Shown here one piece after another: positions 1 to 10,155 of a stretch of DNA of 64,000 nt. How positions within the stretch are numbered: the first letter of the stretch is position 1; each line of letters opens with the position of its first letter. The notes below the pieces were generated by a model, which was not told the origin of the DNA, did no database searches, and worked only from the letters and a program-made list of their open reading frames with translations. The translations under genes and the position numbers were made by a program. Source of the DNA: Beutenbergiaceae bacterium (GTDB lineage: Bacteria > Actinomycetota > Actinomycetes > Actinomycetales > Beutenbergiaceae); assembly GCA_048594865.1 (NCBI GenBank), contig JBMDWZ010000076.1:5111-69110 (forward strand), given 5' to 3'.

Positions 1-702
1 ACTTCCGCGGCCTTCGACGTCGGACAGCAGGCCCTCGAGGTAGCTCTTCAAACGGGTGCGGTAGTCACGCTCGAATACCCGCAGTTCGTCGATCTTGCGC
101 TCCAGCAGGGAACGCTCGCCCTCGAGCTGGTTCAGGGTACGGGTGCGCTGTTCCTCAGCCTCGTTGACCAGTCGCTCACCCTCGGTGCGCGCCTCGGAGA
201 GGATGCGGTCAGCCTCAGCCTTACCGTTGTTGACGTACTCATCGTGCAGACGCTGAGCCAGCTGCAGCATGCCGGTAGCCGATTCCGGCTCCCCGCCTGC
301 CTGTGCCGGTTGTGCGGCTGCCATGAACTCGGCCTCGGTCGTCTGCTCGGCAGGCTGCTCATCGGCAACGTCCTGCACCTGTGGCTCGGCTTCGACAACC
401 TCTTCGACCTCGGGCTCCGGCTCCGGTGCCGAGGCGGCCACTGGGGGCATGCTCACGGTCTGGTCGGCGCTCTGCTGGTGGTCAGCGGTCTGCTCGGCGG
501 ATTCACCGGCAACCTGGTCCCCAGCACCACCCTGTGCAGCCTGCAGCTGGGCCTTGAGCTCTTCGTTTTCCCCTTGTACGACACGCAGGGTGGCGACAAC
601 TTCATCCAGGAAGTCGTCGACCTCGTCCTGGTCGTAGCCTTCACGGAACTTCGTCGCCTGGAACTTCTTATTGAGGACGTCGTCCGCAGTCAGCAATGCC
701 AT
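1..702 (-). CDS. divIVA: DivIVA/Wag31 polar growth and division protein; 3' end runs off the window
   Basis: The minus-strand frame is open from the window edge to the ATG at 700-702. It is absent from the ORF track because no stop lies in the window. Hand translation gives MALLTADDVLNKKFQATKFREGYDQDEVDDFLDEVVATLR, the canonical DivIVA N-terminal domain. It occupies the terminal position of the dcw cluster, after yggT. Confidence 0.9.
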   Translation of the reverse strand, partial: MALLTADDVLNKKFQATKFREGYDQDEVDDFLDEVVATLRVVQGENEELKAQLQAAQGGAGDQVAGESAEQTADHQQSADQTVSMPPVAASAPEPEPEVEEVVEAEPQVQDVADEQPAEQTTEAEFMAAAQPAQAGGEPESATGMLQLAQRLHDEYVNNGKAEADRILSEARTEGERLVNEAEEQRTRTLNQLEGERSLLERKIDELRVFERDYRTRLKSYLEGLLSDVEGRGS

Positions 703-787
703 ATTCGCTACCTCGGATTCTTGTTCAGCTCGATGACGGGTGCCACCGCGCTAGGTGTACGTTATCGGAAATCGGCGCCTGCACACG

Positions 788-1078
788 CTACAGCGTGAAC
801 GGGGCGATGAGGGCCATTGCCAGGGTGGTTGCGATAAACACCACGATGAAGCCCAAGTCCAGGGATACCGCACCGATGCGAAGCGGCGGCAGAATCCTGC
901 GGACAGCCTTCAGTGGCGGATCGGTGACGGTGTACGTCACCTCCGCCAAAATGAGAACGATCCCCTTGGGCTTCCACTCACGGGCGAACTGCTGAACCCA
1001 GGACAGAACCAGCCTGGTCAACAGGAACACCATGAACAGCAGCAGGACCAAGTACAGAACGCTGAAGACGAAGCCCAA
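788..1078 (-). CDS. yggT: YggT family membrane protein
   Basis: 96-aa ORF made of hydrophobic helices flanking a short basic loop. It lies at the conserved sepF-yggT-divIVA position. Confidence 0.85.
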   Translation of the reverse strand: MGFVFSVLYLVLLLFMVFLLTRLVLSWVQQFAREWKPKGIVLILAEVTYTVTDPPLKAVRRILPPLRIGAVSLDLGFIVVFIATTLAMALIAPFTL

Positions 1079-1088
1079 CGCCTAATCC

Positions 1089-1541
1089 CTAACTCTGGTT
1101 GAAGAACCTTGCCGTAGTAGTCTCCGGCTCGCGCTCTTCGTTGGCAATCTCAACGGTGGCGGGTGAGAGCAGGAACACCTTGTTGGTGACCCGCTCGATC
1201 GCCCCGCGCAGCCCGAAGACAATACCGGCGGAGAAGTCCACCAGGCGCTTGGCTTCGGCGTCGGTCATGTCCGAGAGGTTCATGATCACCGGGGTTCCGC
1301 CGCGGAAGGCCTCACCGATGGTCTTGGCATCGTTATAGGTGCGCGGGTGCACGGTGGTGATTCGGCGCAAGCTGCCCGAGTCACGGTGCGACGCAGCACG
1401 GCTGATCGGGGTCACCTCGGCCTCCGGTTCCACAACGTCCTCGAAGTTCTCCGGCTCGGAGTACTTCTCGTATTCGTCCTTCTCGAGATCCGGCTCGGAC
1501 AGTCCCAGCCAGAGCATCGACTTCCGCAGCGTTCCAGCCAT
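1089..1541 (-). CDS. sepF: Cell division protein SepF
   Basis: 150-aa ORF with an acidic linker followed by a C-terminal domain ([29 protein letters not shown]...[11 protein letters not shown]) typical of the SepF FtsZ-binding domain. Synteny supports the call. Confidence 0.9.
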   Translation of the reverse strand: MAGTLRKSMLWLGLSEPDLEKDEYEKYSEPENFEDVVEPEAEVTPISRAASHRDSGSLRRITTVHPRTYNDAKTIGEAFRGGTPVIMNLSDMTDAEAKRLVDFSAGIVFGLRGAIERVTNKVFLLSPATVEIANEEREPETTTARFFNQS

Positions 1542-1628
1542 GGTGCTCCTCGCAATGTTTTTCGCACCTTTTACCGGCGCGCACGTTCTGTTGGTGTCGA
1601 CGCTAGACCAGGGCCCATCCGCGAAGCG

Positions 1629-2363
1629 TCAAGCGACGGCGGCGTGTCGCAGGGCGATTACCGCAGCGAACCGCCCGGTCCGCCCATCGCGGCGGTAGGA
1701 GAAGAACCGATGATCTTCCAACGTGCACATATTCAGCGCGGTTGTTTGCACGCCGGCGGTAGTGAGGATGTCGTGCGCGCCGGCCGGCAGGTCCAGCCCC
1801 GGCGTGCCCCAACTGGTGGTCGAGGCCACCGCGGGGCGGTCCCGGGCGGCCTGGTCTCGCATCTCGGCGGGAACCTCGTAACAGGACCCGCAGATCGCCG
1901 GCCCGATGACGGCGTGGGTAGCTGACTGCCCGCGCTGCGCCATCGCCTCCAGGGTCGCTTCGATCACGCCGCCGAGTAGGCCCTTGCGGCCGGCGTGCAC
2001 GGCAGCGACCATCCCCGGTCCCCGCAAGAGCACCGGCACGCAGTCCGCCACCAACACCCCGACGCCGTCGTCGGTAGCCAATAACGCATCGGCTTGACCA
2101 TCGGCACAGCCGGGGGCCAGCACGGCTTTGCCGTGCACCTGGGTGGCGAACCGCACCGGGGCGCCCACCAGCTCGTCGACCAGTTCACGGTTGCGCCGCA
2201 CCGCGGCCGCCTCATCCCCGACGGCACCGCCGAGATTGAGCGAGTCATAGGGAGTCGCGCTTACGCCACCGAGTCGGGTGGTGAAGAATGCGCAGACCCC
2301 CTCCCCGAGGTCCGCTGGAATTACTTCCGCAGGCAGGGAGGGGGTCTGATCACGAGAATTCAC
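1629..2363 (-). CDS. pgeF: Peptidoglycan editing factor PgeF (YfiH/laccase-domain family)
   Basis: 244-aa ORF with family-typical segments (FTTRLGGVS, DSLNLG, QVHG, ADCVPVLL, HAGRKG, CGSCYEV). It lies directly downstream of ftsZ, as in other actinobacteria. Confidence 0.85.
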   Translation of the reverse strand: MNSRDQTPSLPAEVIPADLGEGVCAFFTTRLGGVSATPYDSLNLGGAVGDEAAAVRRNRELVDELVGAPVRFATQVHGKAVLAPGCADGQADALLATDDGVGVLVADCVPVLLRGPGMVAAVHAGRKGLLGGVIEATLEAMAQRGQSATHAVIGPAICGSCYEVPAEMRDQAARDRPAVASTTSWGTPGLDLPAGAHDILTTAGVQTTALNMCTLEDHRFFSYRRDGRTGRFAAVIALRHAAVA

Positions 2364-2376
2364 GTGGCGCGTTTTC

Positions 2377-3666
2377 CTACTTCAGGAACTCCGGAACATC
2401 CAGATCGTCATCGCGGCGACGCTGGGATTCGGGCTCGAACACTTGCGGTACCTCCAAGCCCTGAGTCGGCGGGTTCGCCGGGGTCTGCGGCTCGGGTTCG
2501 GCCTCGACCTTGGCGGGCACCGGCTCGGGGTTCTGAGGTGCTGGCGTGGCGGGCACAGGTGGCGCAGCTGGCGCGGCAGGCCGCTGGCCAGCCGACTCTG
2601 GACGCGACACCGAACCTGCCGAGCTCTCCTGGCTCGGGGCCACCCGGGCGGCGTCCACCGGAGCGTCGGACTTGGGCTGGGGGTGCGCGATCGAGCGGCT
2701 GCCGTCGGTGGGCATAGGCGCCCCACCGTCGAAGCCGGCGGCGATCACGGTCACCCGCACCTCATCGCCCAGGGCGTCGTCGATGACGGCACCGAAGATG
2801 ATGTTGGCTTCGGGGTGCGCCGCTTCCTGAACCAACCTGGCGGCCTCGTGGATCTCGAAGAGACCCAGGTCGCTGCCACCTTGGATCGAGAGCAGCACGC
2901 CGTGCGCACCGTCGATGCTCGCCTCCAGCAGCGGCGAAGAGATCGCCAACTCCGAGGCCTGCACCGCACGGTCTTCGCCGCGCGAGGATCCGATTCCCAT
3001 CAACGCACTTCCGGCGCCCTGCATCACGGACTTCACGTCGGCGAAGTCCAGGTTGATCAGGCCCGGGGTGGTAATCAGGTCGGTGATGCCCTGCACACCG
3101 GACAGCAGCACCTGGTCGGCGGACTTGAACGCATCCAGCACCGAAACGCCACGGTCGGAGATCGACAGCAGTCGATCGTTGGGGATCACAATGAGGGTGT
3201 CCACCTCGGCGCGCAGCGCCTCGATTCCGGAGTCCGCCTGGACTCCGCGGCGACGGCCCTCGAAGGTGAACGGCCTGGTCACCACGCCAATGGTCAGGGC
3301 GCCGAGCGCACGAGCGATCTTTGCGACCACCGGTGCGCCACCGGTACCGGTACCACCGCCTTCACCGGCGGTCACGAAGACCATGTCTGCGCCGCGGAGT
3401 ACCTCTTCGATCTCCTCGGCGTGGTCTTCGGCTGCCTTCTTTCCGACCTCTGGGTCGGCTCCTGCACCCAATCCACGGGTGAGGTCCCTGCCGACGTCGA
3501 GCTTGACGTCGGCGTCGCTCATAAGCAGTGCTTGAGCGTCGGTATTGACAGCGACGAATTCAACGCCCTTCAACCCGACTTCGATCATCCGGTTGACGGC
3601 GTTGACTCCACCGCCGCCAATTCCTACCACCTTGATGACCGCTAGATAATTCTGCGGTGCCGCCAC
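2377..3666 (-). CDS. ftsZ: Cell division GTPase FtsZ
   Basis: 429-aa ORF carrying the tubulin signature [11 protein letters not shown], the N-terminal [18 protein letters not shown] segment, a P/A-rich linker and the C-terminal [10 protein letters not shown] peptide. Confidence 0.98.
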   Translation of the reverse strand: MAAPQNYLAVIKVVGIGGGGVNAVNRMIEVGLKGVEFVAVNTDAQALLMSDADVKLDVGRDLTRGLGAGADPEVGKKAAEDHAEEIEEVLRGADMVFVTAGEGGGTGTGGAPVVAKIARALGALTIGVVTRPFTFEGRRRGVQADSGIEALRAEVDTLIVIPNDRLLSISDRGVSVLDAFKSADQVLLSGVQGITDLITTPGLINLDFADVKSVMQGAGSALMGIGSSRGEDRAVQASELAISSPLLEASIDGAHGVLLSIQGGSDLGLFEIHEAARLVQEAAHPEANIIFGAVIDDALGDEVRVTVIAAGFDGGAPMPTDGSRSIAHPQPKSDAPVDAARVAPSQESSAGSVSRPESAGQRPAAPAAPPVPATPAPQNPEPVPAKVEAEPEPQTPANPPTQGLEVPQVFEPESQRRRDDDLDVPEFLK

Positions 3667-3833
3667 GTCACTTCCCTCTCCTCAAACCCTCAACCTCTAC
3701 CTGAGGTCTAGAGTTATGTCATTTTCTCGCAGCGATGACGCTAAGTGCGCACCTGGTACCTAGCAACGACATCATTGGGCGTGTCGGCGTCGGGTTTCTT
3801 TTCGGTCCGGCATCGGTGCCATCACCGCGACCG

Positions 3834-4769
3834 CTACTCATCATTTTTGGTGATCGGGTTACGTGGCGCCGAGACGTCGTAGACCTCAGCGGGCACCTGG
3901 CGAAGGGTGAGCAGCACTTCGGCCTTCAGTTCGGTCTCCTCCGCACTCCCCCAGATCACGGTGGCCGATTCACCCAGTTCAAACTCGATCCGGTCTGCGC
4001 TGGCCGCGCTGGCCGCGGTGACGTCGTCGAAGACCTCCGGCGGCAGTTCGCCCAGCACCTGCACCACCGCTTGCAGGGCACTGGCGCTGCGCTCACTACC
4101 GAGGTCCACATCGATCAAGGGCAGATCCTCGGGCGGCTCGGACACGCTGTCGAGTTCGATGCCCTCGGGGTCCATCAGCAAGAACTCCCCCTCGGACTCC
4201 ACCACGGCCACCGGTTCCCGCGGGGTCACCTGCACCGCTAAGCCATTGGGCCAGCTCCGGGATACCGAGACCTCCAGCACCCCAGCCGCGTCGGCGATCT
4301 GGTCAGACATGCCCGCCGTGTTCAACCGGATCAGCGGCACCCCGTCTTGGGCGGCAATGACGTCGTCGATCGCCTCGGTGTCGACGAACTCGTTCGCTCC
4401 CTGGACCTGGGCGTCCTGCGCCCGCAGCGCCAGCACGCTGGAGAATCCGACCACGTACACGGCGCCGCCGAGGGCGGCCAGGATCAAGACGACGACGGCG
4501 ACCGTGCGCCACCGTAGTCGGCGCAGGGCGCGGCGGCGCTCATCTAGGCGCTGCGTGAACTGACCCGAGATCCGAGACTGCGGTGCCTGTTTCTCCTCGC
4601 GCGCCGTGGTGAGGGACTTGTTGGGCTTGCTGGACTTCTTGGGCTTGCTGGTGGAGGTCTGCTTGCGCGGTCCTTGCTTTCCGGCACCCTGCTTGCCGCC
4701 AGCCTTGTTACCTGCTGCCTTTGCGGCACTAGTGCCCCCGTTTTTGCGGGGGTTGACCGGCGCCCTCAC
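3834..4769 (-). CDS. ftsQ: Cell division protein FtsQ
   Basis: 311-aa ORF with a Lys/Ser-rich basic N-tail, a single TM segment (VAVVVLILAALGGAVYVV) and an extracytoplasmic POTRA/FtsQ-like part. Its GTG start overlaps the murC stop (GTGA). It is in the canonical murC-ftsQ-ftsZ order. Confidence 0.85.
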   Translation of the reverse strand: MRAPVNPRKNGGTSAAKAAGNKAGGKQGAGKQGPRKQTSTSKPKKSSKPNKSLTTAREEKQAPQSRISGQFTQRLDERRRALRRLRWRTVAVVVLILAALGGAVYVVGFSSVLALRAQDAQVQGANEFVDTEAIDDVIAAQDGVPLIRLNTAGMSDQIADAAGVLEVSVSRSWPNGLAVQVTPREPVAVVESEGEFLLMDPEGIELDSVSEPPEDLPLIDVDLGSERSASALQAVVQVLGELPPEVFDDVTAASAASADRIEFELGESATVIWGSAEETELKAEVLLTLRQVPAEVYDVSAPRNPITKNDE

Positions 4770-6127
4770 CGTTGCTCCAGAGCCGCCAAGATGTGCTGGG
4801 GAAGCGTGGTGATGTCCCCGGCCCCAATGGTGATGATCAGGTCCCCAGCCTGCGCGCCATCGGCAGCGGCCTGCGCCAGTTCCGCCCAGGTGTTAAGCAC
4901 CCGCGCCCGCGGCAAGTGCTGCGCGATCAGAGTCGAGTCAACCCCGGGAATCGGATCCTCACGAGCCGGGTAGATCGGCGCCAGAATCACCTCATCGGCT
5001 GCGTCCAGTCCGGCGGCGAACTCCCGCGCGAAGTCTTTGGTCCGGGAGAACAGGTGCGGCTGGAACACCGCGATCACCCTGCCACCGTCGGCCGCTCCGG
5101 TCGCTGTGCGCACCGCGGCGGCCACCTTGGTGGGGTTGTGCGCGTAGTCGTCGATCACCCGCACACCGGCTATCTCTCCACGCAGTTCAAAACGACGTCC
5201 GGTGCCGGCGAAGTCCCCGAGCGCGGCCGCCATCGATGCCGGGTCGATCCCGGCCTCAACCCCCGCGCACCAGGCCGCGGTCGCGTTGTGCAGGTTGTGC
5301 TCCCCTGGCACCGCCAAATCCAGTTCGAGGGCACCGAGATCGGAGGTGAGTCTGGCTCCGGCGCTGCCGGGGCCCAACCTGGTGACCTCGATTCGCACGT
5401 CGGCACCGGGGTCGGTGCCATAGGTACGCACCCGGATACCGGCGCCGGTGGCGTAGTGCGCCAGGGCCCGGGCTCCGGGGTCATCGCTGCCGGCGATCAG
5501 GAGCCCGCCGGGCACGATCCGGTCAGCGAACCGTTCAAAGGCGCGGGCGTAGGCGGCAGGGGTGCCGTGCTGGTCCAGGTGGTCGGCCTCGACGTTCGTA
5601 ACGATCGCGGTTTGGGGCGCGTAGTTGAGGAATGAGTTGTCGGACTCATCGGCCTCGGCCACGAAGATGCTCGAGCTCCCCAGCCCGCCTCCGGAACCGA
5701 TTCCGTTGATCCGCCCGCCGACGGCGAAGGACGGGTCGGCGCCGACCTGGCGCAAGGCAAACGCCAACATCGCAGACGTGCTCGTCTTCCCGTGCGAGCC
5801 GGCAACGGCGATGAAGTCCTTGGACTGTGCCGCGAGCGCAAGTGCTTGGGACCGGTGAATCACGCCCACCCCGGCAGCTCGCGCGGTGCGCAGCTCGGGG
5901 TTGTCTTCGCGGATGGCCGTGGACGTCACGATCGTGTCCTTCGGGCCGAGCCCGGCAACGTTGGCCGCGTCATGCCCAATCCAGATGCGGGCGCCGTGGG
6001 CTTCGAGGTGTTCGGTGATGGCAGAAGAACTCCGGTCCGAGCCCTGCACACTGCGCCCCTGACTCAGGAACAACTCGGCGATCACGCTCATCCCCGCACC
6101 GCCGATACCGATGAAATGGAACGTCAT
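4766..6127 (-). CDS. murC: UDP-N-acetylmuramate--L-alanine ligase
   Basis: 453-aa ORF with N-terminal HFIGIGGAGMS and the Mur ligase P-loop AVAGSHGKTSTSAM. It has an ATGA overlap with the murG stop. Confidence 0.95.
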   Translation of the reverse strand: MTFHFIGIGGAGMSVIAELFLSQGRSVQGSDRSSSAITEHLEAHGARIWIGHDAANVAGLGPKDTIVTSTAIREDNPELRTARAAGVGVIHRSQALALAAQSKDFIAVAGSHGKTSTSAMLAFALRQVGADPSFAVGGRINGIGSGGGLGSSSIFVAEADESDNSFLNYAPQTAIVTNVEADHLDQHGTPAAYARAFERFADRIVPGGLLIAGSDDPGARALAHYATGAGIRVRTYGTDPGADVRIEVTRLGPGSAGARLTSDLGALELDLAVPGEHNLHNATAAWCAGVEAGIDPASMAAALGDFAGTGRRFELRGEIAGVRVIDDYAHNPTKVAAAVRTATGAADGGRVIAVFQPHLFSRTKDFAREFAAGLDAADEVILAPIYPAREDPIPGVDSTLIAQHLPRARVLNTWAELAQAAADGAQAGDLIITIGAGDITTLPQHILAALEQR

Positions 6128-7224
6128 TGCTCCAACACCTGCTCCACCATCTGCGCCAGACGCTGGGCCCCGTCGGTGATGCCCTCGGCTTTCGCGGCAG
6201 CAGACATCGTCTGCAGTTTTGTCTCATCGGTGATCAACGGCACCAGGTGTTCACGCAACCAGGCCGAACTCAGGTCCCGGTCGGCCACCAAAAGCGCACC
6301 GCCACCTGCCACCACCGCCGAGGCGTTCTTGGCCTGTTCGCCATTGCCGATCGGCAGCGGCACATAGATCGCCGGGATCCCCAGGGCGGCGAGCTCGCTC
6401 ACCGTCCCGGCACCAGCGCGTGCGATCACCAGGTCCGCGCAGGCCAGCGCGTGCTCCATCTGCACCAAGTATTCGCGCACGTGGTAGTGCTCAACAGGCG
6501 CACCAAGGGCGTCATGGACGCTTTGCGACTTGCCCTTACCGCTCAGGTGTAGCACCTGGGCGCCGGTCGCCAGAAGCTCGGCTGCCACGCTCGGCACCAT
6601 CTGGTTCAGCCGGGCCGCACCCAGGGACCCTCCGGTGACCACGATCGTCAAACGGTCCGGGTCCAGGCCCAACTCCACGGCCCCGCGGCGCGCGGTCGCG
6701 GACTTGTCTTCCGCGCGGGCCGCGACCAGGTCTGCTATTGATTGGCGCAGCGGCAGGCCCACGACCTTGCCACCTGCGAGGTTGGTGTCGGGGAACGTCA
6801 AGCCGATCCGCTGGGCATACCGGGCGCCGAGCCGGTTGGCGATCCCGGGCCTGCTGTTCTGCTCGTGGACCACGATCGGCACCGAGGCACTCCTGGCGGC
6901 TAGATATGCCGGAGCGGCGACGTAACCGCCGAACCCGACTACGGCGTCGGCCCCGGAAACCACAGATCTGGTGACCGCCATCGCCCGGCGCCACCGGCCG
7001 GGCAGCGAGAACCATTGCGGAGTGATGCTGCGCGGCAGCGGAACCCGTTCGATGGTGGTCAGCTTCAGGCCAGCGGCGGGCACCAGGTCTGCTTCCAAGC
7101 CTTCGGCGGTGCCCAGGACGTCGATCTGGGCCCCGGAGTCGCCGAGCACCTGGGCCAGGGCAAGTAACGGGTTGACGTGGCCGGCGGTGCCGCCGCCGGC
7201 GAGCACGATTCTGGGTGTTGTCAC
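6124..7224 (-). CDS. murG: Lipid II synthase MurG (UDP-GlcNAc transferase)
   Basis: The ORF contains LAGGGTAGHVNPLLA and the C-terminal glycosyltransferase-28 fold. I prefer the GTG at 7224, which is preceded by GAGGA and lies 8 nt after the ftsW stop. The longest ORF starts at 7263. Confidence 0.9.
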   Translation of the reverse strand: MTTPRIVLAGGGTAGHVNPLLALAQVLGDSGAQIDVLGTAEGLEADLVPAAGLKLTTIERVPLPRSITPQWFSLPGRWRRAMAVTRSVVSGADAVVGFGGYVAAPAYLAARSASVPIVVHEQNSRPGIANRLGARYAQRIGLTFPDTNLAGGKVVGLPLRQSIADLVAARAEDKSATARRGAVELGLDPDRLTIVVTGGSLGAARLNQMVPSVAAELLATGAQVLHLSGKGKSQSVHDALGAPVEHYHVREYLVQMEHALACADLVIARAGAGTVSELAALGIPAIYVPLPIGNGEQAKNASAVVAGGGALLVADRDLSSAWLREHLVPLITDETKLQTMSAAAKAEGITDGAQRLAQMVEQVLEQ

Positions 7225-7234
7225 GGTTCTATCC

Positions 7235-8689
7235 TCAGCCACGCGAAGCGGTGGCGCGACCACGCGGAGCGAGCACCGCCAGGGACTTGCGCAGGGACTT
7301 GCGGCGCGCCCGCAACGCCTCTTGGGCTCCGGGCTCGTGGCGGGCGAAGGCCAGGACGATACCCAATGCGGCCATCGTGGTCACCAGCGCCGATCCGCCG
7401 GCGCTGACCAGCGGCAGCGGCAGGCCGATGACGGGCACCACCCCGATCACGGTGCCGATGTTGATGAACGCTTGGGAGATCAGCCAGGTTCCGATGGCGG
7501 CGGTGGTGATCTTGACGAACCGGTCCGGGTGGCGGCGCACCAGGCGGGTGAAGCCGATCGCCAGGATCGTCAACAGCCCGAGCACCAGCAGCGCGCCCAG
7601 GAGCCCGAGTTCCTCGCCGATGATCGCGAAGATGAAGTCGTTGTGGGCCTCGGGCAGCCAGGACCATTTCATTCGGGACTCCCCCAAGCCCACGCCACTG
7701 ATCCCGCCGGTGCCTAGGCCCTCCAGTGCCCGGCGGGGCTGCAGCCCCAGGCCCATGGGGTCGGCCTCACCCTGACCGAAAAGCATCATGATGCGGTCGC
7801 GCCGGTTGTCCGAGGAGACCACCAGGAACGCCATCGTCGCCGCGGCTGCCATCCCGGCCACCGTGAACATCGACAGCGGCACCCCGGCCACCCACATCGC
7901 ACCGGCGATGAGCAGCACGATCACCAGGGCGGTCCCGACATCCAGGGTGTACAAAACCATGGCCAAAATAGTTGTGGCACCCAGGACCGCTGGGAATAGC
8001 ACGTGATACCAGTGCTTGAGCAGGGGTCCCTTGATCGCCAGCACCGCACCCAACCACAACGCCAGGCCGAGCTTTCCGAACTCGGCGGGCTGGAAGTTCT
8101 GCCCGGCGATCACGACCCAGCCCTCGTTACCTCCGGCGGTTGCCTGCAGGCCCGGGATGAACACCAGCGCCTGCATCGCGATCGCTAGGAACATCGCGGG
8201 CCACGCCAGGGCCCGGATCCAGTTCACCGGAAGCCGGGAGATGCCGAACGCGACCGGCAGCGCCAGGAGCGCGAACCGGGCCTGGTTGAGGAAGAACGTG
8301 AACGGGTTACCCGAGGTTCGTAGTGACATCACCGTGGAGGATGACAGCACCATCACCAGCCCCAGGCAGAGCAACATCAGCGTCGCCCCGCCAATGAGGT
8401 AGTAGGTGGTAACCGGCGAATCCCAGGCCGCGCTCAGCGTGGTGCGCTCGGCCTTATTCGCTTTGCGGGCCTCGGCCTTGGTAGTGCGCTGCGGCGGGCG
8501 GCCGGCGACCGTGGTCTTGGAGCCGGTGGCCTTGGTGCCGATCTTGCTCAGCTTCGTGCCCGGCTTGGCTGGCTTACCAGGTTTGCTGGTGTTGCCCGAT
8601 GTGGTGGTCTTGCCCGATGTGGTGGCCTTGCCCGATGTGGTGGCCTTGCCCGATTTGTCCCGCGCGGGCTTGTTGTCCAGAAGTGTCAC
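7235..8689 (-). CDS. ftsW: SEDS peptidoglycan glycosyltransferase FtsW
   Basis: Multi-TM SEDS protein (…GQNFQPAEFGKL…, …LPEAHNDFIFAIIGEELG…). The likely GTG start at 8689 overlaps the murD stop (GTGA); the longest ORF extends to 8773. It has a long K/T/S/G-rich N-terminal tail. Confidence 0.9.
   Translation of the reverse strand: MTLLDNKPARDKSGKATTSGKATTSGKTTTSGNTSKPGKPAKPGTKLSKIGTKATGSKTTVAGRPPQRTTKAEARKANKAERTTLSAAWDSPVTTYYLIGGATLMLLCLGLVMVLSSSTVMSLRTSGNPFTFFLNQARFALLALPVAFGISRLPVNWIRALAWPAMFLAIAMQALVFIPGLQATAGGNEGWVVIAGQNFQPAEFGKLGLALWLGAVLAIKGPLLKHWYHVLFPAVLGATTILAMVLYTLDVGTALVIVLLIAGAMWVAGVPLSMFTVAGMAAAATMAFLVVSSDNRRDRIMMLFGQGEADPMGLGLQPRRALEGLGTGGISGVGLGESRMKWSWLPEAHNDFIFAIIGEELGLLGALLVLGLLTILAIGFTRLVRRHPDRFVKITTAAIGTWLISQAFINIGTVIGVVPVIGLPLPLVSAGGSALVTTMAALGIVLAFARHEPGAQEALRARRKSLRKSLAVLAPRGRATASRG
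8591..8654. repeat. 18-bp tandem repeat, about 3.5 units (cttgcccgatgtggtggc), inside the ftsW 5' region
   Basis: Units read directly at 8591-8608, 8609-8626 and 8627-8644, with a partial unit at 8645-8654. They encode KATTSG KATTSG KTTTSG in the FtsW N-tail. Confidence 0.9.
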
Positions 8690-10155
8690 TGTGTGCCCCC
8701 TAGCCCTGCTACGGCATCGAGGAAGGCTTGGCCCCGGTGCCCGTAGGAAGTGAACTGGTCCTGAGACGCGCACGCGGGCGCCAGCAGCACCACATCACCC
8801 GGATGGGCGAAGTCGGCGGCGCGGCGTACGGCGAGGTCCATTGGCTCAGTTTCACTAGCGGGCACCACAAAGCGCGGGAGGTCGGGCGCGTGTCGGTCCA
8901 GAGCGGCCGTTAATGCGGTGGTGTCGGTGCCGATGACGACGACGGCACGCAGGTGCTCCACAACGTCCCGAACGAGCGGGTCAAGGTCGGCGCCCTTGGT
9001 CACTCCACCGGCGATCCACACCCCGGTGCCCTGGGGAATCGAACGCAGCGAGGCCAGCGCGGCGTGCGGGTTGGTGGCCTTGGAGTCGTTGATGTACTGC
9101 ACGCCGCCGTGAGTTCCGGCGTCTTGGATGCGGTGCTCGGTGGCCTGCATCGATTGCAGCCCGGTACGGATGTGCGCGGGCTGCAGGCCCCCGGCCAAAG
9201 CCAGGGCGCTGGCCGCCAATGCGTTGGCCACCTGATGGTGCGGTGGGGTGGCGGAGCCGAGGTGAGCAAGGTCGGCGAAGGTCGCGAGTTCTTGGGCGCT
9301 GGTTTGCCGCGACCGGGTGAACGCCCGGTCCACGAGCACATCCTCCACTAGCCCAACCTGCCCTACGCTCGGCATGCCGAGGGTGAATCCCACGGCCCGG
9401 GCACCTTCGGCGACGTCGGCTGCCGACACCATGGCCATGGTGTCAGCGTCCTGGACGTTGTAGATGCAGGCGGTGGTGGTGCGCTCGAAGATGCGGGCCT
9501 TATCGGCGCGGTAGTCCGCGTAATCGGTGTACCAATCCAAGTGGTCCGGGGCGATGTTTAAGCAAGCGCTGGCGACCGGGGCCATCGAGTGGGTGTAGTG
9601 CAGTTGGAAGCTGGACAACTCCACCGCCAGGGCATCGAGCCGCGTGCCAGATCCGTGCGCGCCCATGACCGTCTCCACCACCGAGGTGCCCACATTGCCC
9701 ACGGCCGGGGCGTTCAGCTCGGCGGCTGCCAGCATCGAGGCGAGCATGGTGACCGTCGTGGTTTTGCCGTTGGTGCCGGTCAGCGGCAACCAGGCCACCG
9801 AGCGCGGGCACACTCGCCAGGCCAGTTCCACTTCGCTCCAGATCGGAATCCGGTTCGCGGCGGCACGCGCCAGCAACGGGTTAGTCGGCGGAATACCGGG
9901 TGAGGCGACCACCAGGTCCGGCGGGTCATCCAGTGCCAGTGCGCTCAGGATTTCCCAGTCTGGGTCCGCATCCACGCGTACCGCTGCCGGGATCTTGGCG
10001 CCTGCGGCCACGTCGGGGCGGGAATCGAGGGCGTGCACGGTGGCTCCGAGGTCCACCAGCGCACCTGCTACCGCTTGGCCCGTGATCCCGAGACCCACCA
10101 CCACGGCGCGCCCAGACCGGAGTCCTTGAGGGTCCACCGCTAGGTCACCACCCAT
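8686..10155 (-). CDS. murD: UDP-N-acetylmuramoylalanine--D-glutamate ligase
   Basis: 489-aa ORF with an N-terminal Rossmann segment [12 protein letters not shown] and the Mur ligase P-loop [13 protein letters not shown]. An alternative GTG start lies at 10137, just after the mraY stop. Confidence 0.93.
   Translation of the reverse strand: MGGDLAVDPQGLRSGRAVVVGLGITGQAVAGALVDLGATVHALDSRPDVAAGAKIPAAVRVDADPDWEILSALALDDPPDLVVASPGIPPTNPLLARAAANRIPIWSEVELAWRVCPRSVAWLPLTGTNGKTTTVTMLASMLAAAELNAPAVGNVGTSVVETVMGAHGSGTRLDALAVELSSFQLHYTHSMAPVASACLNIAPDHLDWYTDYADYRADKARIFERTTTACIYNVQDADTMAMVSAADVAEGARAVGFTLGMPSVGQVGLVEDVLVDRAFTRSRQTSAQELATFADLAHLGSATPPHHQVANALAASALALAGGLQPAHIRTGLQSMQATEHRIQDAGTHGGVQYINDSKATNPHAALASLRSIPQGTGVWIAGGVTKGADLDPLVRDVVEHLRAVVVIGTDTTALTAALDRHAPDLPRFVVPASETEPMDLAVRRAADFAHPGDVVLLAPACASQDQFTSYGHRGQAFLDAVAGLGGTQ

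Noticed and set aside
2443-3645. 400-aa plus-strand ORF antisense to ftsZ. Similar long antisense or alternative-frame ORFs occur at 14779-15969, 29624-30667, 53973-55334, 62945-63880, 16391-17332 and 35068-25925-type overlaps elsewhere.
   Set aside because: They lie fully inside well-supported conserved genes on the other strand. Their products are Arg/Gly/His/Pro-rich and low-complexity. Long stop-free antisense frames are expected at this G+C content.
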